Of a DNA stretch of 64,000 nt, positions 11,365 through 23,170 are shown one piece after another. Positions within the stretch are counted from its first letter, which is position 1, and the number at the start of each line of letters is the position of its first letter. Location of the stretch: positions 52,142,001 to 52,206,000 of the forward strand of contig JAGIQG010000013.1 of assembly GCA_024679065.1 (NCBI GenBank). Reading direction: 5' to 3'. The notes beneath the pieces are model-generated. The model was not told the DNA's origin, made no database searches, and saw only the letters and a program-made list of their open reading frames with translations. Made by a program: the position numbers and the translations under genes. The DNA is from Sphyrna mokarran (Eukaryota).

Positions 11365-12088
11365 AGGGTTGAAGGATAAATTTAGGCTAGGATATCAGGA
11401 AAATTCTGGTTCTCTTTGAATTGGGATTCTTTTCACATCCAATTGACATGACAATTTTGACAATGTGGCTTCTTTTCATTGCACTGGAGTGTGTCAACCT
11501 AAATTATGTGCTGTAGACTCTGCAGTGAAAGTTGAACCCAATACTATCTGACTTAGAGGTAAGAATACTATAACTGAGCCAATGCTGACAACTTTTATCA
11601 GAAAATGCAAGATCACTGCTAAAATGTTATTTTAATAAAAAAAATGATGTTATATAGTCTTGTGTGATCACCAGACGTCCCAAAGCACTTTATAGCAAAT
11701 GAAGTTTTAAAGTGTAGTCATTGTTTTAATGTAGGGAGCATGACAGCTAATTTGTGCACATCAGGTTCTGATAAACTATAGTGTCAATGACAATAACCAG
11801 ATAACCTGTTTTTTGTGATGTTGATTGAGGGATAAATATTGGCCAGGTCACTGGGATAACTTCCCTGCTCTTCTTCAAAGTAACAACACAGATTTTTTTA
11901 CGCTAGCTGAGAGAGCAGATGAGCCCTCGGTTAACATCTATTCCTAAAGATGGCACACCTAAGTATTCAGTACTCCTTCAGTACTGCACTGGAGTGTCAG
12001 CTTTGACTTTTGTGTTCAAGTTCTTTAATGGGACTTGAAGTCATGATGTTTAGAGGTGAGAATGGTGTCAACTCAACCAATGCTAACA
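11365..12088 (-). mobile_element. Two tandem Deu-domain tRNA-type SINEs (about 11365-11590 and 11640-12088)
   Basis: GAGGGATAAATATTGGCCAGG...CAGTACTGCACTGGAGTGTCAG core, with a B-box-like head on the minus strand and an L2-like tail. Confidence 0.75.
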
Positions 12089-13199
12089 TACAAATATTGG
12101 AAATATTCTTTAGTTGCAATGCATCTGGTAAAGTTTGCATGAATGGCTTGGGTTGTGAACAAGTCCAGAGACAGAAATGAGGGGGCTTTGAGCTGGATTT
12201 CAAGATAGTAATTTGAGCCAATTGTTTCAATTCCACCTCAAAATTCCAGCGACAAGCATAGAAGTTTATTTTTCCCTTTCCCTAAGTAAATTCTCTCAAG
12301 TATGTAAAAACTTTCTGGCACTTGTAGCTGTGAAAATAAATTGTCTTATAAATCTTTTTGATTGGGGGGACAATAAGAAGTTAAGACAAATGAGATTTTA
12401 TGACTCAAAGGTACATTAACAATGTGAAATATTATACATCTGGAAAGAGGCAGAAACTCACCAGTGGGATTCACTCCATTTAACATTTAATTGATACTCA
12501 TGCAGGAAAAGACTTGCTCCTTTCAAAAACGAGCAGAATAATTATTGCCTCCCTGCTACAATGCACATTTCTTACTTGCAAAAGACATAAACGTTACCAT
12601 TGACAGTTTTTTCTAGACTAAAAAAGAAACAGAGATTTGAAGGAGCTCATTACTTTGTGATCATTAGTCAGTTCAATCTTCTCAAAAATCAGAAAGATTG
12701 GTATTTGCACCGTTGAGTCCATACTGGCTCTCTGAAGAGCAAACCAGACAGTTCCATGCTCTCACTTCATTCCCACAACCCTGCAAGTTTATTTCCTTCA
12801 AGTGCTCATCAAATTTCCTCCTGAAATCAATGATCTTGTGTGCTTCCACCGCTCTTGAGCAATGAGTTACAGTTCATTATTAATCGTTACCTCAATCATC
12901 AGCACCAGAGCCAGTACTGGTGATTAGTCTATTTGGACTGAGGATATACTGGGCTGGGAAGTTCTCCTGAACATATATCATAAATACCTCCCTCTCCTTT
13001 CCCTCTACCCTAACACTATCCTAATCGATACTAGGATAAGTGGAGTTCCAGTATTGCCACTTGATAGTTCTCTGTGATAAACTCTGTGATGTCTAAGCAG
13101 ATTTCTCCTCTATCTCTTTGGTATCATTTGAAACCCTACATAATATTTTCCAGTTGCATGATCATATAATTTTGGCTTCTCATTTCTAATCAAATGGAT

Positions 13200-14255
13200 T
13201 TTCTCCTTGTCCTCTTGAGAACATCTTCCCTTTCCAATATTACAATGTCTTCCTTAATCAGGACTGTCACTCAACCTTCCTTTTCCCCTTCTCTATCTTT
13301 GTGCATTTATATGTATGCACTGTAAACCTGTCTATACTTCTCACAGACCTCCTTAGTCTGCTCCTGTCTAATATAGTACTACTTCCTTCTCTAGTACTGT
13401 GCAGTTTTCATCTTCTTGATGCTAATGCCTAGTCCCTTGCCAATATAATTTAAAGCTCTGTTTCACCTGACCTCCAAGCCACACTACTGCACCTCTGCGA
13501 AGTTTCATTAAACAGTAAAGTTGGACAACAAACTTAGCTCTTTTTTCCCCTGCTCTAAACAAACCACTAAATGGTGATATTCCCATCTGAAACATGTGTT
13601 TATTCACATAAGATATCTTATGGCTGAAACAGACTATGCATGTCCTCAGTGCCCAAGGCATAACTGAGGCATGCTTGAAGCTCTGTACTGTGTCTAAACC
13701 GCAGCATACTTCGACTTCTGCAACAGCACCTTACCTCAGTTGAAATCCCTTTATCACCTACATGCTTAACTTCTCCAAAACTTTCCTCAGTTTTCTCCCA
13801 ATATTCATCCTACACATACTCCATCATTGCATTGCCCATATCCAATGTCATCTCCTGTTTGCCCATCAGACCAGTCTTTGCCATTTTAATAGGTTCTACG
13901 TTACCATCACGTAAAGTTCAAGACTTTTATTCTTAAATTTACAAATCAATCTTTTTGCTGCTCACTATCATTTCTCTGTAGCCTGCACCATGTTGACCAG
14001 CCTGCACTTTTGCTCTTCCAATTTGGGTTTCTGTGCATCTTATCTGATGACACAGTATCCACCATTTTGGCCCACTGTCTGCAACATGCTGCTTAAAATC
14101 ACTTTGTTTTGTTTCCATTCTCTGTGCCTATCTTTTTGATTGCACTTTCAGTCATCTCTCTAAACTTTTGCACTCCTCAAAAGCTGTTGTTCTACTGCAA
14201 GGGTCCTTGTGATATTTTTTGATAGACCAAGCATAATATAAATTCAAGTTGTTTG
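13200..14255 (+). mobile_element. Old L2-type LINE fragment
   Basis: Pyrimidine-rich degenerate RT 3' half ending in ATATAAATTCAAGTTGTT, an L2-like terminus. Confidence 0.5.
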
Positions 14256-14484
14256 GCACATAGACTCGCATGTGACAAATAGGTACTTGGGGGGATTTAT
14301 TGGAAGTGACTGGCAGCAAAGAAAATTAAACACACCAGAAAGTCCCAGCCTTCAAAAGGGGAAATGAGCAATTCACAATGGGAGAAGGGAGGTCTCAGCA
14401 CAAATCTGTTTCGCATTTAAAATTGAGTAGTTTGGTACTGACAAGGTTAAATAGACTTGTGCATAAAAGAGCACTGATGAGCTG

Positions 14485-14870
14485 CCCTCACAGCTCCATT
14501 GGTAAAATCAGTGCATAAACTAAGCTGAACAGATCAGGGGTCACAGATTTAGTTTCCAGTTGAACTATTTGATCTTACCAAAGGGAGCAGAAGACAAGCT
14601 TCTATTATCTCTAATGCCCCTAAGCAGGGAGGATAAAAATCAGCCAAGACTCCAGCTCCTGATCACAATTCAATGACCCTTGCATGAAAGTGCATTTGGA
14701 TGACAAATGAAACCAGAATCTGTTATGATGATGTGCACAACTGAATAGCTTTCTAATACTCCCTTGTCTAAGTTTACATGTTAAGAGCTTCCTCTTGGGT
14801 GAGATATGGAGTCAGACGATGATAATGACCCAATGGATAGTACCGCAGCAAAAGCCAGTGCCTTGACAAT
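14485..14870 (+). mobile_element. tRNA-derived SINE (ancient family)
   Basis: GCCCCTAAGCAGGGAGGATAAAAATCAGCCAAGACTCCAGCTCCTGATCAC core, shared with copies at 16410-16757 (minus) and 63655-64000 (plus). Confidence 0.6.
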
Positions 14871-16409
14871 TGCTATTTTGCAAAAAAAGTGACAATAATT
14901 TAAGCACATTACTCTCTTTTTCCATAGGACCTGTAAATCTCAGAGAGCCGATTCCCAAATTCCTGGCGAGAAGCACCAAAATCAACAGCCCTCAGTTGTT
15001 CATTTCTGTTTAATTAAATGATAGAAAACTAGGGTCTATGGCTGTACAATTTCCTGACTAGTTGTCCATGTGATTGGAGCACAAACAGGGCAATCTGCCC
15101 TAAAACAGCTGCTTTATCCATAAAAAACTGCTTTAGCTTTATTTGCTATTATTTACTAAAAAAGCTAATCAAATCTCAGCTCCTAAGAACAAAGCAACAA
15201 TATTTCAGCCTTTTGTTGAATTGTTTTTGCCAACCCGTGACGATAACATACATAACTCAAGGATATTAATTCAATCGGGACAATAACTCTCAACTCCAGG
15301 AATAAGCATCAAAAAGGCAGTTGCATCAGAAAATGACCATCAGGTTAGCAGTGATACACAATGCAAAATTCCTGAAATTTCTGCAGTGCACATACGTCAA
15401 GCTGGGATTTCAACACCATCAGGCCTACAAAAGAAACTTGGCATTGCCATTTCTAAGCACTGAGAAGGTACATCGAATTGAATGAAATCTCTCAACAAGC
15501 CTGTTTACTATAAAACAAGGTACACATTGTGCATGCACAGTGCAAAATGCACATTCTGCTGACTGCATTTAGCAACTAATTCAATTTCCAAAGATAAAAT
15601 TTTAATTATTTAAAAAAAAAATCTGTCAGGATAATTTCTTCTCGAATGCCCAGTCAGGCTGACGCAGCTTTAGTGCTGGCCACTGTTGCTAGGTTACAAT
15701 CAGTTGTATTGAAGGCCAGTCAGCTGAATTGTTCAGTGCAAGTTTCTGTAGAATATATAGAATTTTTCTTGGAGCAAGGAAGTTAAAAGTTACAAAAAAT
15801 GTTTGAATTATGCAAAGAAAAATATTTAGGATCATAATTTCTCACTGTCCTGAAGCTGCTGGCTAACTATGAACTGCCATGCTGAAACTGCTTTGCAAGA
15901 GAACTGCACAAAATTCACCTTCGTCTGTTATCAGAGCATGACCCTCTTGCTGGGAATGTCTACCAGGTCCCAAGAGGCTGCCAATCAGAAAGACAACACT
16001 GTTGAGCTGGTGGAAATCCTGGTTGAACTTGGAGAGGATTGGAGAAGGAGGAGCTCAGTAGGGATAAAGGAGGAAATCAGAAGGGAAACGGGAAAAGTGA
16101 CAATGGTGGCCAATGGCAACCCATAGTTTTAATGTGGTAGAATTAAGCGTAATCCTATTCAGGTTTGTTGAAGATTTTATTATTTACCTTCTCATTGTCA
16201 GTAAACAGTCTCTTTGAAGATCAGTGGTTTGGCAACTGTTCATCCAAGAAAATGGACTGTAGCACACATAGTACCTGATGCAGACTGTCACACTCCAGTA
16301 TTAGAAATTTAGGCTCTTTAAGCCCACAGTTTGTTTCAATGGGGGAAACAGGGGGTGGTGAGAAACATGTCGATTGGCAGCTTTACATGTTCACCTATTT
16401 TCTTCTTTC

Positions 16410-16757
16410 CCCTTTCCCAGATTAAGCTCCTTGCTAGGTGCAGTTTCCTGGTACTGGTTACTCTCCAGTGTCTTGTCAAAGTGACTATAAGAAGGTGATT
16501 CATCACAGAGCCCAATTCTGCCATCAACAGGCTTCCACATGCTCAAGACATGAAAGAAAAGACATGAAACACAGATAATGATCAGGAAAAGGAATCCAAC
16601 TCCTAACTCCGGGCTGTTGATGCCCAATTGTAATACGTCTAGTTGCTGCTGCAGTTGAAAGCAGCTCATTCAGTACAGATTGGAAATGATACCTGGGTCA
16701 TTCTTGATTGTGTGAATTAGTGCCCACACCTTAAGGTGCATTTATCCAGTAAGCCAA
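16410..16757 (-). mobile_element. tRNA-derived SINE, same family as 14485-14870
   Basis: Reverse-complement similarity to the 14485 and 63655 copies. Confidence 0.55.
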
Positions 16758-17499
16758 AGAAGTTACTGTTTTCACAATTCTGTTACAGTGAAGTATACCT
16801 TTGTCCTTGTTATCACACTTCAGCATATTTGGCAAATGTTTCTAAAAATAGACAGTTCAAAATTGAATATAAAAAATATAATTTGTTTTGAATTGGATTT
16901 TCATGATTATTTAGGTGTTAATTTAGTTTATTAATTTAAACAAGAAAATCTTGTGAGCACAGTGACATTTTGAGTATGGTGCATTTCTTTCTCATTATTC
17001 AACATTTCTCAATTTTGTAATTTGTCAGTGACAAAAATTCATTGAAAATTATTTTTGCTGACAGAACAATGCAAACCTGGCTTTCGTCCAGAGCAGCCAT
17101 CCCATTCCTATTCACAAGTCAGTGAAATGTTATCCTCAAACTGACTCTTTTCATAAAGGTTTAAAGTTATTAACATTTAAATTTATTAATGTTTAATAAA
17201 AATTCATTCAATCTCTCAAGTAATCATTGTAGTGTCTCCTTGCCTTTTCTGTGATTAGAATATAAAATCATTCTCTCAAGGCTGTAGAAACAAAGCCCCA
17301 AAGCAGATTTCTGCCCACAACCCCCCCAATGTTGTTTCTGCATATACTTTATGATGTTTGATGTCTTCTCCCTATTGGATATCTAAAACCACTAAAACCT
17401 CACTTGACTAATGCCATCATTTTGAAATCCTTGTTGTATTCCTAAATTGAAAGTTACTGGGGGAGTTGTGGAGGAGCCGAGGGGAGAGAGCTTGCAATT

Positions 17500-17780
17500 G
17501 AAAGTGAAGTCAAGTGAAGAAACAGAGCAGCTATATACCTATAAAACTTTTTTGCGCAAACAACACATATTTGGAACTCTCTTCTCAACTCTTTCTGATG
17601 TGGGTGGTAGGACAATTAGAACAGGTGCCAGGCTGAGATTGATAGATTTTTGTTAATTGTGGGTATTAAGGGACATGGAGCAAAGATAGGAAAATTGAGT
17701 TGAGATGATGATTCTCCACAGTCTAACTGAATAGTGAAGCAAACTTGAAGAGCTAAGTGGCATTGTTTCTCATGTTACTA
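17500..17780 (+). mobile_element. CR1 3' fragment
   Basis: GGCTGAGATTGATAGATTTTTGTTAATTGTGGGTATTAAGGGACATGGAG, typical of a CR1 ORF2 end and 3' UTR. Confidence 0.6.
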
Positions 17781-19060
17781 CGCTACTATGTTACAGAAAC
17801 AGAAGATCAATATTAGTTAAACATTTACCCGCATTTCCAATGTTTACGGTCACCAGGATATCTTGTTCACAATATATTTAATTTAATCACATATTCTTGG
17901 CTGTATTCTTTCCCTTACTTCCTTCTTCTTTTGGCATATGGGGCAAAAATAGTTGGATAAGATGGACGATATTGTAACATGAGATGAGGCTGCAGAGCTG
18001 TATGGCCACAAACTGGGCAATCCAAAATTCAAGAGCTCACAATTTAGTCATACTTACTTTTGACAGAATCACTGTGAATCCATTGTTCATTTATGATAAC
18101 CTAGATAAAATGGCTTTTGCCATTATAACTAACATCACAGATATATGCCAAACTGTGGCCCCCGAATTTACTTTTTAAACTACACAAAGGGGGGCACAAA
18201 TCAGGGCTGATTGTGATTTTTTTGACATTATTAGAAATTTTGCTCTTTCACATCATGTAGTAGAACACACAGATATATCAAAAACAGTGCATTTGTACAT
18301 GTGCAAAGAGGTTTGATTGAACTTTTTTTTGGGCAAAAGAAAACCTAGCCAGGTCATGTGGGGTAAGCATAGCAGGAGGAATGGGGCTTGACATTTGGGT
18401 GTCTTCTACCATTAAATAGGCCTATGTGTAAGATGTAGCCACCAGGCTACATTCACTAGTCCCTTTAAAACTGGCAGCAGCTACGCAACTCTATTGAAAA
18501 ATGAGTTGCCCTAGCCTTTGCTTGGAACTAAAATATTCACACTTGACAAGCAAATTGAAAGTTCTGTTTATTCTGAGATCTAATGCCAAATCTAATTATT
18601 TAAACCAGCCATACTTCTGCTACTGACTGGGATCAGAAAACTTCACTGTTTTAGTTTCCACATACTGCACAATGCAGGCAAGTCTGGACATGTGCAAAGA
18701 AGTTACTTTTGACTGTTTGTGAAAAGCAAACATTTAAATTTATTTGGAAGCACTGTATAAGGCGCTGGAAAGATTCACAAGCATGCTATCAGAACTATGA
18801 GGATATTGTTTTCAGAAAAGACCGAACAATCTGGGGCTGTTTACTGCAGAGAACAGAAGGCTGACAGATGATCAAATAGTGGACTTTGAAATTATTTAGT
18901 GGCTTGATTGGGTAAAGGTAGAGGAGATGTTTCCACTTGTGGGGGTGAGAATGGGTTAAGATAAAATGTTCTGACCATTTTTTGTGACAAGGAATCGTGC
19001 ATACATTATAGTACAAAGTGCCTAAGTCACTGTACATGAGGGGCTGGAAAATTATACCAC

Positions 19061-19866
19061 TGTACAAGATTTTGAAGGGGATAGATAGAGTAAACAGGGC
19101 TAAGCTTTTTCCTAGGATGATACTCAAATAGCACGAGGGGTCACAGGCTTAGGGTGAGGGGGTAAGGTATAATTTGGATGCTAGAGGGAGTTTTTTCACA
19201 CAGAGGGTGGTGGGGGTATGGAATGCGCTGCCAAGTAAAGTGGTGGAGGCAGGTACTCTGGAGTTATTTAAGAAATACTTAGATGGGCACATGAACAGAA
19301 TGGGAATGGAGGGGTATAGAAAACTGATTTAAAATAGGGATCATGAGCCTTGGGAGTCCCTGGGAAGTGTGTAAATAGATGATGATATTGATGTACTTGT
19401 TTTTATCTTACAGGTGCTTTGGTCCACCTTGTTGTCTAACGAGGGGCATACACGCGATGGGTCGTGAGAGGGCTGCTCTTGGACCTTTTTTGAGAGTATC
19501 CTACTGCTTCACATCGTTAGTGTATGCTTGACCTGGACCATCTGATGGGCAACACGACAGCGCAGTGACTATCGCTGTGCTGTGCAGATACATGGATTTG
19601 GGCCTGCGTCTGTGGGAGTTTGCGCATTCTCCCCGTGCTTGCGTGGGTTTTCTCCGGGAGCTCCGGTTTCCTCCCACATCCCAAAGATGTGCTCTTAGGC
19701 TAATTGGCAAAACAAATTCTCCCTAAATTGTCTCAAATTTGGTTTTTAATCCATAGATCTATAAACATGGACAGGGATCGCGTGTAGAAGTGGGAACATC
19801 GAGGTGGCGGCGCGGGCTCGTTGGGCCGAAGGGCCTGTTTCCTGTGCTATTTTGTTCTTTGTTCTT
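19061..19866 (+). mobile_element. CR1 3' end followed by an HE1/V-SINE-like domain and a CR1 tail (composite)
   Basis: ORF2 C-terminus FFTQRVVGVWNALP...MEGYRKLI* ends near 19331. SINE core GTCTGTGGGAGTTTGCGCATTCTCCCCGTG at about 19608-19700. Tail GGGCCGAAGGGCCTGTTTCCTGTGCT(TTTGTTC)n. Confidence 0.75.
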
Positions 19867-20107
19867 TTTATGTAGCGAATTGCAAATGCTTCCAGTTCAC
19901 TTCAAATGGGTGGAATTATTTGACTTCAAGTGGATAGAAGCATTCATATTCCCTCTGTTTACCTTCTTTTGCCATCAAGACTGTAGGCTTTTTATCAAAT
20001 CATTAAGTGACCTCAGAATTTTGGCATTCAATACGGATTGTGATGAAGACTATACTGACAACAGAAAATCACCTCATATGAATAACTATCTTTCATTTAG
20101 CACTTCT

Positions 20108-20535
20108 AATTTTTTTTACTCATTTGTAACATAGATGTCCCTGGCTGGCCAGCATTTATTGCCCACCCTCAGTTGCCCTTGAAGGTGGTGATGAGCTACC
20201 TTCTTGGACGACTGATACAACTGAGTGGCTTGCTACCCCATTTTAGAAGACAGTTGAGAGTCAACCACATTGTTGTGGCTTTGGAATTGCATGCAGGCCA
20301 GACGAGGTAAGGATAGCCAATTTCCTTCCCTAACGGACATTAGTGAACTAGATGGGTTTTTCTAACAATCAACAATAGTTTCGTGGTCATCAGTACATTC
20401 TTAATTTCAGATTTTTTCTTATTTCATTCAAATTCCATCATCTGTCTTGGTGGGATTTGAACCCAGGTCCCCAGAACATTAACTATTTTTCTGGATTGAT
20501 AGTCTAGCGATAACAACTCTAAGCCATTGCCTCCC
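20108..20535 (-). mobile_element. tRNA-derived SINE
   Basis: B-box GGTTCAAATCCC on the minus strand (about 20452-20463). Body shared with 21580-21937. Tail shared with the LINE ending near 49075. Confidence 0.8.
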
Positions 20536-21280
20536 TTGTTTCTAAAATTTGGAGTGCGAAACAAAAATTAATTTTGCATCAGAAAACATGTCATAGGGGT
20601 TGGTTATATTCTAACCTGCAATTTTTATATTAAAAACCTACCTTGAATCTAACTTACCCAAAATTCCTCTGACTAACTCTCACTAACTTTAACTCCTAAT
20701 AACTCACTGACTTTTAATAAATCATTAACTCTTAACTTCCCACATGCTATTTCACTCTCCCGCTTGATATTTCCCTTTCTCGACCCTCTCATTGACCTCT
20801 TCCCTTTCCTGATCCTCCCACCTGCCACTTCCCTCTCCTAACTGTCCTGCTGGCTGCTTCCGTCTTCCAACTCTCCCACGACAAGCAAAAGAGGAAAGTT
20901 GCAAACGGGAAGGAAGGGAAAGCAAAGCTGTGAGAAGGAGAGTTGGGGTGGTAAGTTGTGAAGCAGCAGTTTGATTTTTTTTAAAAAAATGCCTGAACAT
21001 GCTAAAAGCACACTAAGCCAAAAACACACTTTTACAATGCACCTTAAAATGTAAAACAAAGGAGCAGTGAGAAAAGGAAGGCAGAGATTGGAAAAGCATT
21101 TCAAAGTGCAGAATTCTATAATCAAAAAGTCAAATTTCCATCAAAAGATAGAAATTTCTCACCCCTGGAACTTGGAGACATAAATTTATAATAGTTGCTA
21201 ACTTGCTGATAAATCCAATAGATAATTCAGGAAGAACGTCTTTAGCGGAAGTGTGTTAAGATTGCAGAATAGGGGTTGTA

Positions 21281-21462
21281 GAACATAGAACATTACAGCA
21301 CAGTAAAGGCCCTTCAGCCCTTGATGTTGTGCCAAGCTATGTCCGGACCCAAGATCAAGCTATCCCACTCCCTATCATTCTGATGTGTTCCATGTGCTTA
21401 TCCAATAACTGCTTGAAAGTTCCTAAAGTGTCCAACTCCACTATCACTGCAGGCAGTGCATT
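21281..21462 (-). mobile_element. CR1 3' end
   Basis: GAACATAGAACATTACAGCACAGTAAAGGCCCTTCAGCCC is the reverse complement of a CR1 tail with a (TATGTTC)n repeat. Confidence 0.8.
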
Positions 21463-21579
21463 GCACAGTCAGGAAGGATATCAATGGAGCGGATACAACA
21501 CCAGCTCACTAGGATGCTGCCTGGAATTCAGAAATAAATGTACTAGTCTTGAAGGATTGGGACTATTTTTTTCAAACAA

Positions 21580-21937
21580 CAGAATTATAGGCTTGGTGAT
21601 GAATGACGAATATTCCAGAGACTAAAGCTCCAGGAACAAGGGTTTAAACAATTTAATTGAAACCAATTAATTAAAATAAAATCTGGACGTGAAAGCTAGT
21701 ATCACTAATGGTGAATATGAAACCATCACTGAATGTCATAAAAACCCATCAGGTTCACTAATGTCCCTTTGGAAAAGGAAATCTACCATCCTCACCTGGC
21801 CTGGCCAACGTATGACTGCAGAGTCACAGTAAAATGATTGATCCTTAACTGCTCCATGAAATGCAAGCCCCTCTGTTCAAGGACAATGAAGGGTGGGCAT
21901 TTTATGCTAGTGATGTCCACATCCCAAGAATTTTTAA
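21580..21937 (+). mobile_element. tRNA-derived SINE, same family as 20108-20535
   Basis: AAAAACCCATCAGGTTCACTAATGTCC is the reverse complement of 20336-20361. Confidence 0.75.
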
Positions 21938-22129
21938 AAATGTGATTAGCAATGCTTTGACCTATATGATTGCAAGAAATGGAACAGAATAGATTAAAAC
22001 ACATTGAAGGGTCAAAAGCACCAGAGTTAGATAGAAATGAACTACAAGCGATTTAGGTCTTAGAGAGCATTTCCTCAGAGGATTGTGAGCGTATGTAGTG
22101 TGTGACTGTATTACTGATGAAAGCAACAG

Positions 22130-22790
22130 TCAGTTTCAAATTCTGGCTCCATTGCACCAGGATGAGATGAAAAACGGCTCCTGGTCCGTACGGATCACCA
22201 TGTCACTCGGCATAATAAGTGATCACGCAATTGGCACATGTGAAACATATGTGTTCAGCTGCATGAAGGACCAGCCCCACTCCCCCATTAGCAGCATTAT
22301 TTGAAGGTATCATCATGTCATTTGCAGGCAAATTGCTTTTGATAACTGTTGGCTGTTCTAGAGTTTAGTGAAAGTATCGGATTGTAAGAAGAGCTGTGAA
22401 AAGTTGGTTAGATCAGCAGGGAATGGTGCTGAAATTTATAGAGTTGTATGTTTCCGAAAAGCTCTGTATACATCATTTAGTCCCAGTCATGGCAACGAGA
22501 CTTTAGTTCCTCTTGGGCTAGCGCATTACACTGAGGTGGAACAGAAACCATAGCAAAGACAAACTGTTCGCAGAAACAGAAGGGAGAGAGCTCTCAGCAG
22601 GAGGCTGCACCAATATGGGATCTACAGGGAGGACTTTCTTAACCTGCACCTAAGCCAGAAGCAACGTATTCAGAGACCTCACAGAATTGTGTCAGGTCTC
22701 AGAACTGGAGCTACAAACCAGTTCCCAGACTCCTGCCAAATTAGTGTTAACTCTCCCGAAAAGCACTAGCAAATCGTCCCACAAAGAACT
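22130..22790 (+). mobile_element. PIF/Harbinger DNA transposon remnant
   Basis: About 22585-22725 translates, with a frameshift, to RALSRRLHQYGIYREDFLNLHLSQKQRIQR/LTELCQVSELELQ. This resembles the N-terminus of a Harbinger (HARBI1-like) transposase. Confidence 0.5.
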
Positions 22791-22799
22791 TAGTTCCAG

Positions 22800-23170
22800 C
22801 CCTATTTAGGTGCAACCTGTTTGGTTTGTACAGGTCCCATCTCGCTCATATGGCTAAATGTCCCTGGAATTTAAAGGCCTCATTCCTGTATCATGTTTCC
22901 AGCATGCATTCAACTTTTTTATTCTTCTATTTCTATACTCACTTCCACATGATACTGGGAGTAATCTGAAGATTAATACTTTTGAAGTTCTGCTTGCTAC
23001 GTTTCTACCTAGCACCCTAAATGTTGACTGACATGCTGCTTCTGCTTATGTAATTTGTACCAATGTGTACTACGATTCCTGGCTGGCTGTTCACTCTCCC
23101 TTATCAGGGCATTCTGCAGCCACTCAGTGACATCAATAATCCTGGCATCTAACACGCAACACACCAACCT
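22800..23170 (-). mobile_element. CR1 ORF1 (SGNH esterase) fragment
   Basis: The minus strand reads VCCVLDARIIDVTEWLQNAL..ESEQP..VVHIGTN, like the CR1 ORF1 esterase motif. Confidence 0.65.

Noticed and set aside
14474-14496. CTGATGA followed by a hairpin (hammerhead-like)
   Set aside because: There is no GAAA after the stem and no stem I or III.
16420-16495. Plus-strand exon-like segment encoding a signal-peptide-like stretch
   Set aside because: It overlaps a minus-strand SINE copy, has no start codon and has a weak donor.
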